Assembly (NCBI GenBank): GCA_040285855.1
Contig: JAUFOQ010000005.1
Span: 1,922,001 to 1,986,000 of the forward strand
Length of the DNA: 64,000 nucleotides
Direction of reading: 5' to 3'
From: Eukaryota sp. GEM-RC1
Lineage: Eukaryota
Position 1 is the stretch's first letter. Each line of letters opens with the position of its first letter. This document shows, one piece after another, positions 47,612 to 58,988 of the stretch. The translations under genes and the position numbers were made by a program. The notes beneath the pieces are model-generated. The model did not search any database. It saw only the letters and a program-made list of their open reading frames with translations, and was not told the origin of the DNA.

Positions 47612-48692
47612 ATGTCTTCTCTCAAAAAATTACTTCCAGCCATAGCATTCGTGACCCTCTCTGCCTTCTGGGGCTTAGCTTTTCTGGCAATTCGGATAGC
47701 TGTTACAGAGGGTTTGGAACCTGTTTCCTTTGTGTTTTTGAGAGTGGGACTCGCTGGTTCTATTATGCTCATAGTGCTTGCAGTCATTCTCATATCAAAC
47801 CGAAAATACATCTCTTCTGCCAAGCTCCCATCCCATTTTCTGGGGAAAATGTTTCTCATGGCGTTATTCAATAACTCTATTCCTTTCATTTCGGTCGCAA
47901 TAGCCAGTGTAAAGGTCAATGTGGGTGTTGTTAGTATTCTTGACTCTGGAATTCCCATATTTGGATCTCTCTTCGCTCCGATCTTACTAACAAACGAGAA
48001 GCTCAGCATCCATAGAGTCCTAGGTATTGGCTTGGGATTCTCTGGTGTTGTAGCTGTTTGCTTTCACAAAGTTGTTGCAGATGACCTTGAAGTTGTTTGG
48101 TTACCTGGATATTTCCTGGTAGTTTTAGCGTGTGCTTCTTATGGTTGGGCGAGTGTCTTCGGAAAGAGATTCCTTCAAGGTGTTCCTAATGCTTTAGCTG
48201 TAACTTGTCAATTGTCTTTTGCTGCTCTTCAATGTTTGGTCTTTGCTGCCTTGTATGAAAGCAAGCTGTCCATATTAGAGTTATACAAGTATCCAATGAT
48301 GATGGTCGAACAAGTTATGAATTCATCTACCAATGCCATAATCTCTATCTTTTATGTAGCAATCTTTGCCAGTTGTTTTGCCTATGGTCTTTATTTCTAC
48401 CTTCTAAAGACCATTGGGGCCGTTAGACAGACATTGGTTGGATATCTATTACCATGTGTGTACTTCTTCTCCATTTCTAATCTTAGTTTGGGGTCTTATG
48501 GCTGGTATCCTTGTCCAAAATGAATGGGATGGTGTTTCCTTTATATATAAGTTCTTGGAAATACTTGGTACAGCACTCATTATTATGGGAGTTGTAGTGG
48601 TTCAGCAAGAAAAGAAACGATCTGAAAGTCAGCTTTTAATCAATACTGACTCGGCTATGGACGTTCTTCTTTCTGTTGACGTAGACCAATAA
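47612..48692 (+). CDS. EamA/DMT family transporter, one intron
   Basis: FWGLAFLAIR, LFNNSIPF, NEKLS..RVLGIGLGFSGV, SCFAYGLYFYLL. Splicing 48456-48486 gives YLLPFWGLMAGILVQNE..LGTALIIMGV. Confidence 0.9.
48456..48486 (+). other. 31-nt spliceosomal intron
   Basis: GTGTGTACTTCTTCTCCATTTCTAATCTTAG. Removal joins the two EamA ORFs in frame. Confidence 0.75.
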
Positions 48693-48781
48693 TTTATTGT
48701 TTTTTATAAATGCATAACAAATTTCAGTTGAAAGATGACGATTTCTGTTGTAAACACAATCAGTTCCTCTGCTGTTTTTTC

Positions 48782-49217
48782 CAGCGTTATGTGCCATAAT
48801 GCCATACGACCATACGTGCTATACGGCCATACGCGTATGGCATTTTCTTCCATAAAAAGGGTTAATTTTCTGTGATATTTCTATATTCATAAGTTACAAC
48901 TAAATCCTTACAAATGTAATCCAATCATCCGATATCATTCAATATACAGTAGCTAAGATCTGGAGGTGTTCTAATTTGGTTAGAGCAAGACAATTAATCA
49001 TGAAAAAATGTAAATTGATGACTTCTGCCTGAAAAGACTCCGATTTATCATAAGGTATCGTATTTAGATGTTGATGATCGTGAAGTACAATGTGGTGTTG
49101 GGTTAACACATAACTCATTAAAACACTTCAAAAACACGCCACATAGGCCATCGGCCATACGGCCATACGCGTATGTTCGGTATGGCAGTCATAAAATTGC
49201 ATTATGGCATGAGGCTG
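48782..49217. mobile_element. hAT-type MITE with CCATACG subterminal repeats
   Basis: Ends CAGC..GCCATAATG / CATTATGGC..GCTG; flanks GTTTTTTC / GTATTTTC (8-bp TSD, 1 mismatch). Confidence 0.75.
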
Positions 49218-49229
49218 GTATTTTCAATG

Positions 49230-50460
49230 TTCCTCTATCTTCGACAGCCCGAATTTTGTTCCACAATAAAACGTCTTCTGTGTCCTCTCATCGCTCCTAT
49301 GTCCTACATCTAATGTCAGGTTAACATCTCTTGGTCGTTACTGAAGAATGATTTGATATCTCTCGTATCACGTTCTTTCCGTTCCAGAGTAAGATAGGAT
49401 CGTACCTTATCAGTTTTGCTACTGTTTGAAGACAATCGAAGACTGTCTTATGTCTAAGCTTTCAATACAACAATAAACTGTACTTTTTTATCTTTGAAAA
49501 CCAAGCTCTTCACTGACATTGTACCAAGAACGTGAATGGGACAACTATACATCTTCAACAATATTCATGGGCATGTTCTAATCTAGTTTCTTGGCTTTGC
49601 CATAACCGATGAGAAAACTGTAGAAGTTATGAAAAACGATGACGTGCAGAAGGCGGTGAAGAAGATCACAAAACAGGTTTAGATCTTAGTTTCTTAATGT
49701 AGAAAGATGACGAATCTGAAACAATATCGTCTTAAGAAACACGCATAAAGGATGGACAATTGGCTGGGTTCTTGCTAAAATACAGTGTTGTGCCATTGTT
49801 TGCCATACACGTATGGACTCCCATACGTCCATACGCCCATACGCGTATGGCATTTTCTGTATTTGCCATACGCATTTTGACTACTTGTATCTTTATTTGA
49901 ACTTCTTCGACGCAGAGACTCTATGACTTGTTTATAATTATGTAGATCAATATATTTTATGGAAATTGAACCTCCACATCATCCATTTCATTGGAAAAAT
50001 TATCATTATCGGAATACCATCTCTGCTTCCATTGCTGGATGTCTTTGATCTGAGTTCCATTGATGTGTATAAAAACCAGTTTTTTGTGGGTTCCATTAGA
50101 AGTCTGTTTTTGTTTTTATCTCAGTATTTCTGTTCTATAAAGTGAAAAACCAACACAAAAGTCTGTTTCATCGTATGGTGTGAATGAATGAGTACGTACT
50201 CCAACTCTTTCACACGATTCTATAGAGTATACTTGTTTTACTAATAAGATGACAAATTGAAGTGTATGAGATGGTATTTAGACATTATGAAGTTAAGTGA
50301 TGTTGGATAGATTCTGCTAGATATGGCTTGAAGGCCATTGTCAGCCATTCTACCATTCTACCATACGCCCATACGCCCATACGCGTATGGCAAATTGATT
50401 TTTGGTTATGGCGCAACACTGCTAAAATACCCTCAAAGGTCAGATGAGATTGTACAGAAG
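49230..50460 (+). pseudogene. Possible RhoGEF (DH domain) gene remnant interrupted by a MITE
   Basis: Removing the MITE and one TSD gives GQLAGFLLKYPQR, resembling the DH motif LxxxLxxPxQR. Multiple stops upstream. Confidence 0.3.
49783..50421. mobile_element. hAT-type MITE (CAGTGTTG family), complete
   Basis: TIR CAGTGTTGTGCCAT / ATGGCGCAACACTG, perfect 8-bp TSD CTAAAATA, CCATACG repeats. Confidence 0.93.
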
Positions 50461-50502
50461 TTCCATTTACGGTGATCCTTTGTTGGTGACACCACTTCTG
50501 AC

Positions 50503-51977
50503 ATGCTTTCCGAACAGAGATTACGAACAGTTCTCACTGACAATCGCTCCGTTGTCATCATCGCTTCCTTGTTCATTCAGATATCCCTTGGAGTCAACTA
50601 TTCTTTTCCCACTATAATACCTTTTCTGACCTCTCAGTATGACTGGACGACCAAAGAAACTCAAGCTGTCTGGTCTTGTGTTACTATTGTTGTTGGCCTA
50701 GCTCCCATGCTTGCGTCTTTTCTCCTTAAGTTCTACAGCTTCAGATTCCTCACCACATGCACCAGCTTATTGATGTTCTTTGGTTACACAATTGCTTCCC
50801 TTTGCTGGTGGTGTTTCCTTCATCAACATCGCCTTGGGTCTTGGTCTATTTGTGGCAGGCAGTGTGGGAATCTCCTATCTAGTTGCTCTCAAGATCTGTC
50901 TCACTTACTTCCCAAACAAGAAAGGAGCAATTTCTGGCCTCGTTGTAGGTACGTTTGGTAGTGGATCACTGATTTGGTCATTCTTAGTTGAACAAATCTT
51001 AAAGAACAACTCTCCTCAAGTTTTGTTCCGGGTTTTCTCTTTAACAGCTCCATTGATAATCTTTCTTGCTGGACTCTTCATGGTGACCAAGACTGATGAG
51101 AAGACAAACACACGTCATTATAAGAAGGAATCAAAAGAGTTGGAGCCAATTGTTGAAGACAATGAAATTCCTTCAATTCAAAAAAAGTGCATCAGTGATG
51201 TCAGCCTTGTCAGAGTTATCAATGATTGATGTGGTGGTGGAGAAAACTCGAATGAAGGAGATAGATGAGGAGCTCGAGTCTGACTCTGATGCTTGTTCTA
51301 GAAGGTTGTCTGTCATTTCTGAGAGGGAAATTGAACCTATCATTTCTAATCAATCAACTGAAGAGCGATTGTATCTCAAAAGTTTATTAAAAATGACTAA
51401 CTTTTGGCAATGTTTCTTCACTCTGGTAATTGCTAGTTCAGCTGGTTTCATGATCTTGGGAGCTCTCAGAATTCTCCCTGAAAAAAAGCTTTTAGAACGA
51501 GGATTTTCCCCAGAAGAAGCAAAGATGTGGACTTTAATGGCGACTGCCGTCTCCTTTAATCTTGGAAATGGTATTGGTAGAATCCTTTTAGGGCAAGTTG
51601 CCGATCTAATCGGAGCTCCTAATACTTTAACTCTAATTCTAGCTACTCAGGCTGTTTCTTTGATTGTTTTTATCACGTTATCAGGATTCCCTTATGTCCT
51701 GTTAATAATAGCATTTGTTATTGCTTCATGTTACGGGGCTGTTTATGTTGCATTACCAGTCTGTGTTAATGAAATCTTTAGCGAAATTAACTTTTCTTTT
51801 GTTTATCCGTTTGTTTTCACTGGAACGGCGTTTGCAGGATTTCTAGGACCAACGGTTTATGGAGTTTTAGAGGATTTGGGAGTGGGAAGCTTGTCGTTTG
51901 TTATAATGAGTTGTTTCTTGGTTATTGGGGTTTTGATTTCATTATCTATTAAGAAACAAGTATTGAAAAAAGCTTAG
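50503..51977 (+). CDS. MFS OFA-like transporter, copy 2, with two +1 frameshifts (pseudogene or assembly error)
   Basis: Near-identical to copies 1 and 3. One extra base in the C-run at ~50800 and in the A-run at ~51180. Confidence 0.85.
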
Positions 51978-52238
51978 ATTTATAGTCCAATTGTGCTTTT
52001 TTAGTGTGGTTAGATTTTGGCTTTTAATGTCCCTAAAAAATAGGTTTATTGATGATAAGGACGAAAATACATATCCGGATTATGTTTTTGTATTAATGGA
52101 CGTTGCTACAACACCATAGTTCTTTTATATTGTGGTGACAATTGATTTGATAAATTTGGCCGTCGATCAAACAGGGAAAACGCAATCGATTTTGCAGATA
52201 AAGTGTATATAAGCTGAGTCTCTTCTGACTTCTACACA

Positions 52239-52970
52239 GTGCGTTTATCCCCTTCTAGTATCTCCTCTGTGAAGTCTCACTGTGAAGAACTGTCTGTATT
52301 GTCTTCGACCACACATCCTCCCTCTAAACGTGTCCATGTTCAGCAGACTTTGTTGATTCTGATCCATCTTCACTTGCTGAGACGTCTTCTCAAGGATACT
52401 CTTGAAAATAATCACGATCGAACTAATCCTCAACTCGCTGCTTTCAAAACAGTTTTAACTGCATTATTTGGACAAGTTGGCTATGTAAGTAATCACTTCC
52501 TTGATTCTTCATTCCAAACAGTTAAAATCTATTTTCAATTACACACCTTTTATGCTGATCTCCAACACCTTCCCAAACTAATTCCACTCTACAATCTGTT
52601 TTCTTGGGCGCTGATGGAACCTTAGAAATTGAGAAGTATCTTAATTATTCTGATATAATTACAGGATATAGAATCGAACTAAGGGAACCCTCTGATTTAG
52701 AGTTTCTAAACAATTCTTCTTCTTTATTTCCATGTCTTAAGCAACTAGAAGTATCAGTGATCGAACGCACCTTTGTTTCTATGTCATTAATTGAAGCGTT
52801 GAAAGTTAATACAACAGTTACAATGTGTTAATCTGGTTTACAACTTTATTGGAGATGAAGGTGTTAGAGCTTTGGCAGAGGCGTTTATAGTTAATGCTTC
52901 AGTTACAAGTGTTAATCTAGGTGGAAACTCTATCGGAGATGAAGGTGTCAGAGCTTTAGCTCAAGACTAT
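52239..52970 (+). pseudogene. RNI/NLR-type leucine-rich repeat protein remnant
   Basis: IEALKVNTTVT..NFIGDEGVRALAEAFIVNASVTSVNLGGNSIGDEGVRALAQ (28-aa LRR units), frameshifted and truncated. Confidence 0.75.
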
Positions 52971-52984
52971 TAGTTTTATTCATG

Positions 52985-53270
52985 CTTCAACGATTAAAGT
53001 ACAAGAGCTCAAACTCCTTAGTCAATTTTAATGCAGTTTACATCCATCAGACGCTAGAGATGAATTATTTATATAAGAAGACTTTTTTAAGTGAACAAGT
53101 AACATAAATTCCCTCAGTTCAGGAGACAAAGTTGATACCAGAACTTTAAAAGATTGAATCCACCGACAATTACTAAAACTCCGCAGAGTAATTTCATCCA
53201 TTGGAAAACGTTTCAAAAATTCAAACAGAAAATTCTTGACACATGCAAAACAGCAGATTTTTTGACAATT
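52985..53270 (-). repeat. Decayed non-LTR retroelement-derived repeat
   Basis: NFLFEFLKRFPMDEITL; homologous to 46310-46575 and partly to 6600-6760. Confidence 0.65.
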
Positions 53271-53996
53271 TTTGTATGTGTTACTTATAGAGTAAGTATA
53301 AGTGTCTTGAACATAGTTGTGCAATACACGAGCAAAAAATTAATACAATATTATAATTAAATGTATTTATTATCTCGCAATTACAAGTGTCAAACTATAT
53401 GTATTGATCACCGACTGCAAACGTAATTGATTTTCAGGGTTACCATGGTTCAAGACTTCGGTATGTATTCTTTGACTTCTTTTTATTTTTCAACCCAATT
53501 GTCCATTCAATTCTAAAACGCCATAACGGTCCAAATGTTCGTTCGGTCCACTGAAATGTTGTGGAGTCATCCCCAACTGGCAGTTGTACTTTTGTTGTCG
53601 TACATTAATGATAAATCATCTTAATGTACCGCTTGTAGAAAGAGTTTAAACTCGAAATCATAGTCTCCAAAGACTACACGTAGATCATCCAAACAGGATC
53701 AATCTGAGTGTCGTGTAGCTCCTCTCATCTGGCTGTTGAATCTTCACCACTGACTGATAGTAGTGAAGCTAGATTGCTCAACTTCACATGGTTTAATGTT
53801 TGTCAATTTTAAAGAATGAACATTATTAAGCGTTTCTAAATTTTTGTTACTTGACTTTGATCGGTGTTTCATTTTTTAGTCATCTAGCATAATAATGGTT
53901 CGGTTACAAAATTCGGCAGAAAATTGTATTTTTATAAGTTAATATAACACGTGTCAAGTATTACATGACCCAATTGTAACAATCAATAGTATAGTT

Positions 53997-54876
53997 CAGG
54001 GCCCACGGAAAAATATTTAAATAAAATATGACAAAATTTCCCTTGAAGAAATAAATATGAGTTATTGCAGATGAAGAAAATAAATAATTGCAATTATTTA
54101 AATTATTTATTCAATGAAAACAAGGATGCTACAACACTTCAAAAACGTGATCTAACACGAACACTACTATATCTCCAGGTTTTGTGTGTTCTTATAACTT
54201 CCCAGATAGGTTTCAGTGTTAAGAGGGAAGGATTTTAATGTAGACACAGTGTTCTATTTAAGGAAAATGTGATCAAACCAAAGCAATGTTTTCCAATAGT
54301 TACCGAACAACAGCAAACACATTTTCACATATTTGGAAAGTTTCAGGGTTGGAAGATTACAATTGATACCACGGGATTAGCGGTTTTGTGTTACGAAGAG
54401 TAGAACGTTTTAAACCAGTTTGGTCTCGCTCTATTGCGATAGGGGAATGAACTTTGTCAAGCCCAGAAAGGACAAATGCCTTGTATTATTTGCACTTACA
54501 AATGCAGAATACCATCAATAATTACAAAGGAGCTACCAAGACCACTACATCATCTCAGACTCTTACTCAATTCAAAGAGACAGTTTAAAATCGCATCAAA
54601 CATAGTGTAGAAAGTGTACGCTTCTCTAATGCAATGAGTTCTGTATCTAGTCTCAGTACATGATAAAGATCATACTGAGTTGCAAATGTGATGGACTGCA
54701 ACATGTTGTAGTTTTCACATTCATAGTTGTCCAGTGAGAGAGCAAAAAATATAAAAATAATCTTTTATTTTCTGTTTTCATAAAATAAATAAAGGAGAAA
54801 CCCAACTTCAAAATATAAATAAAATATCATTATTTATTGTAACTATTTAAATACAAATATTTTTCCGTAGGCCCTG
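53997..54876 (+). mobile_element. Non-autonomous hAT element
   Basis: TIR CAGGGCC(C/T)ACGGAAAAATATTT; TSD GTATAGTT / GTATAATT. The internal LSSPERTNALYYLH weakly resembles the end of a hAT dimerisation domain. Confidence 0.85.
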
Positions 54877-56754
54877 GTATAATTGACCAGCAAACACCGA
54901 TGTCGAGTGTTGCTCTCATTTACTGCAGGCATTATCATCAGTTAAAGGTCCTTAAGAGCTGATAAAAAAATTCAAGAAATACAAATACAAATACACTGTT
55001 CCAGAAAAAATATAATACAAAAATTACAGAATACAAATAATACTGTACTTTGTATTTTGCAAATATGGTATTGAATAATATCATAATTTTGGATACATTT
55101 GTTAAAGATCATTATAAGAGATCTATACACACTTTGTAACACCTTTGTCTAACACAGATGCAATTTTGATTCCCGATATTTGGCACACATTGAGCACATG
55201 CATCAAGCAAATAATGCATCATCTTGCACACACTTGCATTGTTATATATCTGAGCGATATTTGAGAACTAACAAAATTCTAGAGGTTTACGGTTTCTTCT
55301 TTGATTAAATAAACTGTTCTGGTAAGTGTTCTATTTTTTTAGCTTTGTTTTTATTTGACAAACTCAGGTGCAGGTAAGAACTAAGCGCTATATTCAATAT
55401 CATCAAAGTCCAAATTTCGCATATAAAACTGGACTTAACATTTCATCACAATGCCTTCCACAAGATAAACAATGGTAAGAAACAGAGGACAACACACCTC
55501 TAAGAATTGAATTGAGAATACAATTCTACTATTTGAAAATCTGAGATCAAAAGATACATGTATTGTTTTGAAGAATTAAACTCTCAAAATCACAATGCTT
55601 TTGTTTTTCCACGTTTTGGAATTTTTTTGTACGATAAATTACTCTAGGTACTGCAGCTAATAATTTTCTTGTGACCGTTTAAGAATTCGTGTAATGATTT
55701 CGGTAAAATGTTCACCGGTGGTTTTTGGAGAGATCGTCTGTATATCGTTTTATTAACAATTACTTTGTTGATATCTTGAAGAGTTTGTTTGGTGATGGAG
55801 AAGAGTGTGTAATGGGGTAGATTTATCTGTCTATTTGATGTTCCTTAGTGTAGATATATAGGATAAAGCATTTCTTTATAAATCCACAGTTAAATTAAGT
55901 GTCAATTTTTTTCTTTATTGTTTTTTGGAAACAACAACACTAAGATAAGCACAAATACTAGAACTCAATATCATTAACAACATTGCCATTAAAACTCAAA
56001 TCAGCTAATTTCTTCATAAAAAACACTGAGAGCTAGCAGAGCTTTTCAAATCATGATAGGAATTGATTTAAATATTGTAAAAACAATACGATTCAACCAA
56101 AACTGGAAATCAAATTTCTTGTTCATTCTTTGGAGCAAGGGACCTTAAAAGAAGAGTAATTTTACAAGAATAACAAATTTTGAGCATGAAGAATTTTAAG
56201 TGTTTTTCCATTTCTAAGAACTTTTATCTTATCCAACTCTTGTTGAATCGAAATCAAGTAGTCATCAAGGTTTTTGACAATATACTACTTCTAGCCAAAA
56301 AGACAACCAAGAAATTTGAAACTTGAAGTACAATAATTAATGAAGGGGACTTCAATTGAACGAATTGTTAATAACTTTGGTTCTTTACCTATAGCAAAAC
56401 ATTTTTAAATATTTAAATTTAAACCAATCTAAAGACTAATTATACAAGAAATCTTTCTTCATAATTTTTTTGGAATTGGATCTTTCCACAAGGCAACGTA
56501 ATCAACATTATACATTTGGATCAGCTCAAAACCATGAGCAATCAATCTCTTCCTCGGTCAAGAACTTTCCTGAGTTAGGTTCAGTACTCATAATACCAAT
56601 ACAAATATTCTCTAAAGGCATGGAGTTGACAATGTTGAAGAAGACGCGGTCCCAAGCGTCTATGTGGGATGATCTACAGGAAGAAATTCCATCTTCGATC
56701 TTCTAATGGTAGTTCCATTAAAGGTGAACCTTCTTTGGTGACACCACTTTTGAC

Positions 56755-58227
56755 ATGCTTTCAGAACACAGATTACGAACATTTCTCACTGACAATCGGT
56801 ACGTTGTCATCATCGCTTCCGTGTTCATTCAAATCTCCCTTGGAGTCAACTATTCTTTTCCCACTATAATTCCTTTGCTCACCTCTCAATATGACTGGAC
56901 GACCAAAGCAACTCAAGCTGTCTGGTCTTGTGTTCAAATTGTTGAGGGATTAGCTCCCATGCTTGCTCCCTTTCTCCTTAAGTTCTACAGCTTCAGGTTC
57001 CTCACCACATGCTCGAGCTTATTGATGTTCTTTGGTTACACAATTGCGTCATTTGCTGGTGGTGTTTCCTTCATCAACATCGCCTTGGGTCTTGGTCTAT
57101 TTGTGGCAGGCAGTGTGGGAATCTCCTATCTAGTTGCTCTCAAGATCTGTCTCACTTACTTCCCAAACAAGAAAGGAGCAATTTCTGGCCTCGTTGTAGG
57201 TGCGTTTGGTAGTGGATCACTGATTTGGTCATTCTTAGTTGAACAAATCTTAAAAACCAACTCTCCTCAAGTTTTGTTCCGGGTCTTTTCTTTAACCGCT
57301 CCATTGATAATCTTTCTTGCTGGACTTTTCATGGTAACCAAGACTGATGAGAAGACAAACACACGTCATCATAAGAAGGAATCAAAAGAGTTGGAGCCAA
57401 TTGTTGATGACAATGAGATACCTTCCATTCAAAAAAGTGCATCAGTGATGTCAGCCTTGTCAGAGTTATCAATGATTGATGTGGTGGTGGAGAAAACTCG
57501 AATGAAGGAGCTCGATGAGGAGCTCGAGTCTGACTCTGACGCTTGTTCTAGAAGGTTGTCTGTCATTTCTGAGAGGGAAATTGAACCTATCATTTCTAAT
57601 CAATCAACTGAAGAGCGATTGTATCTCAAAAGTTTATTAAAAATGACTAACTTTTGGCAATGTTTCTTCACTCTGGTAATTGCTAGTTCAGCTGGTTTCA
57701 TGATCTTGGGAGCTCTCAGAATTCTCCCTGAAAAAAAGCTTTTAGAACGAGGATTTTCCCCAGAAGAAGCAAAGATGTGGACTTTAATGGCGACTGCCGT
57801 CTCATTTAATCTTGGAAATGGTATTGGTAGAATCCTTTTAGGGCAAGTTGCCGATCTAATCGGAGCTCCTAATACTTTAACTCTAATTCTCGCTACCCAG
57901 GCAGTTTCTTTGATTGTTTTTATCACGTTATCAGGATTTCCATATGTCCTGTTAATAATAGCATTTATTATTGCTTCATGTTACGGGGCTGTTTATGTTG
58001 CATTACCAGTCTGTGTTAATGAAATCTTTAGCGAAATTAACTTTTCTTTTGTTTATCCGTTTGTTTTCACTGGAACGGCGTTTGCTGGATTTCTAGGACC
58101 AACGGTTTATGGAGTTTTAGAGGATTTTGGAGTGGGAAGCTTGTCGTTTGTTATAATGAGTTGTTTCTTGGTTATTGGGGTTTTGATTTCATTATCTATT
58201 AAGAAACAAGTATTGAAAAAAGCTTAG
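56755..58227 (+). CDS. MFS OFA-like transporter, copy 3 (intact)
   Basis: 490-aa ORF near-identical to 44017-45489. Confidence 0.9.
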   Translation: MLSEHRLRTFLTDNRYVVIIASVFIQISLGVNYSFPTIIPLLTSQYDWTTKATQAVWSCVQIVEGLAPMLAPFLLKFYSFRFLTTCSSLLMFFGYTIASFAGGVSFINIALGLGLFVAGSVGISYLVALKICLTYFPNKKGAISGLVVGAFGSGSLIWSFLVEQILKTNSPQVLFRVFSLTAPLIIFLAGLFMVTKTDEKTNTRHHKKESKELEPIVDDNEIPSIQKSASVMSALSELSMIDVVVEKTRMKELDEELESDSDACSRRLSVISEREIEPIISNQSTEERLYLKSLLKMTNFWQCFFTLVIASSAGFMILGALRILPEKKLLERGFSPEEAKMWTLMATAVSFNLGNGIGRILLGQVADLIGAPNTLTLILATQAVSLIVFITLSGFPYVLLIIAFIIASCYGAVYVALPVCVNEIFSEINFSFVYPFVFTGTAFAGFLGPTVYGVLEDFGVGSLSFVIMSCFLVIGVLISLSIKKQVLKKA

Positions 58228-58988
58228 ATTTATAGTCCAATTGTGCTTTTTTAGTGTGGTTAGATCTGGGCGTTTAATGTCTCTAAGAAATAGGTTTATT
58301 GGTAATAAGGACGAAAATACATATCCAAATTAGGTTTTTGTATCAATGGACGTTGCTAAAACACCATAGTTCTTTTATATTGTGGTGACAATTGATTTGA
58401 TAAATTTGGTCGTCGATCAAACAGGGAAAACGCAATCGATTTTGCAGATAAAGTGTATATAAGCTGAGTCTCTTCTGACTTCTACACAGTGACCCAAGCT
58501 CTATTCAAGAAGCCATTTCACCAATAATACCAATAATAGAAATAACAAACGGAACAGATACAAATAATGACAACAATGTTATGTCATTGACTGAAGATTT
58601 TGAATGGTTCTTGGTTTAAAAAGGATGATGGACATTTCTTTGGTAAGTTTGAGAGAATGCAGAAAGCACTTATGAATCTTATTGAGATTGAGTGGTCCAA
58701 GTATCTCCTCTGTGATGTCTCACTGTGACGAACTGTCTGTATTGTCTTCCCCAAAGTATCCGTACTTCACAAGAATTAATTAGTAAATACCAATTAAAAT
58801 TACTAAGACCACATCCACATGAATTTATCCAAAATGAAACGAGGTAAAGCACAAGTATTTTGGGTACCGTTCTGGTGTCTCCGATAAGCAGGGGCTGTCA
58901 AAATTGAATTGGACTTTTAATTATTGCCACTAAATTATTGCAATCATTGATTGGCATCACTTACAGAAGTGGCAATTAATTGCCAATT

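Noticed and set aside
47557..48009. Antisense ORFs overlapping EamA, MFS, MULE and Gypsy genes
   Set aside because: Shadow ORFs on the opposite strand of well-supported genes.
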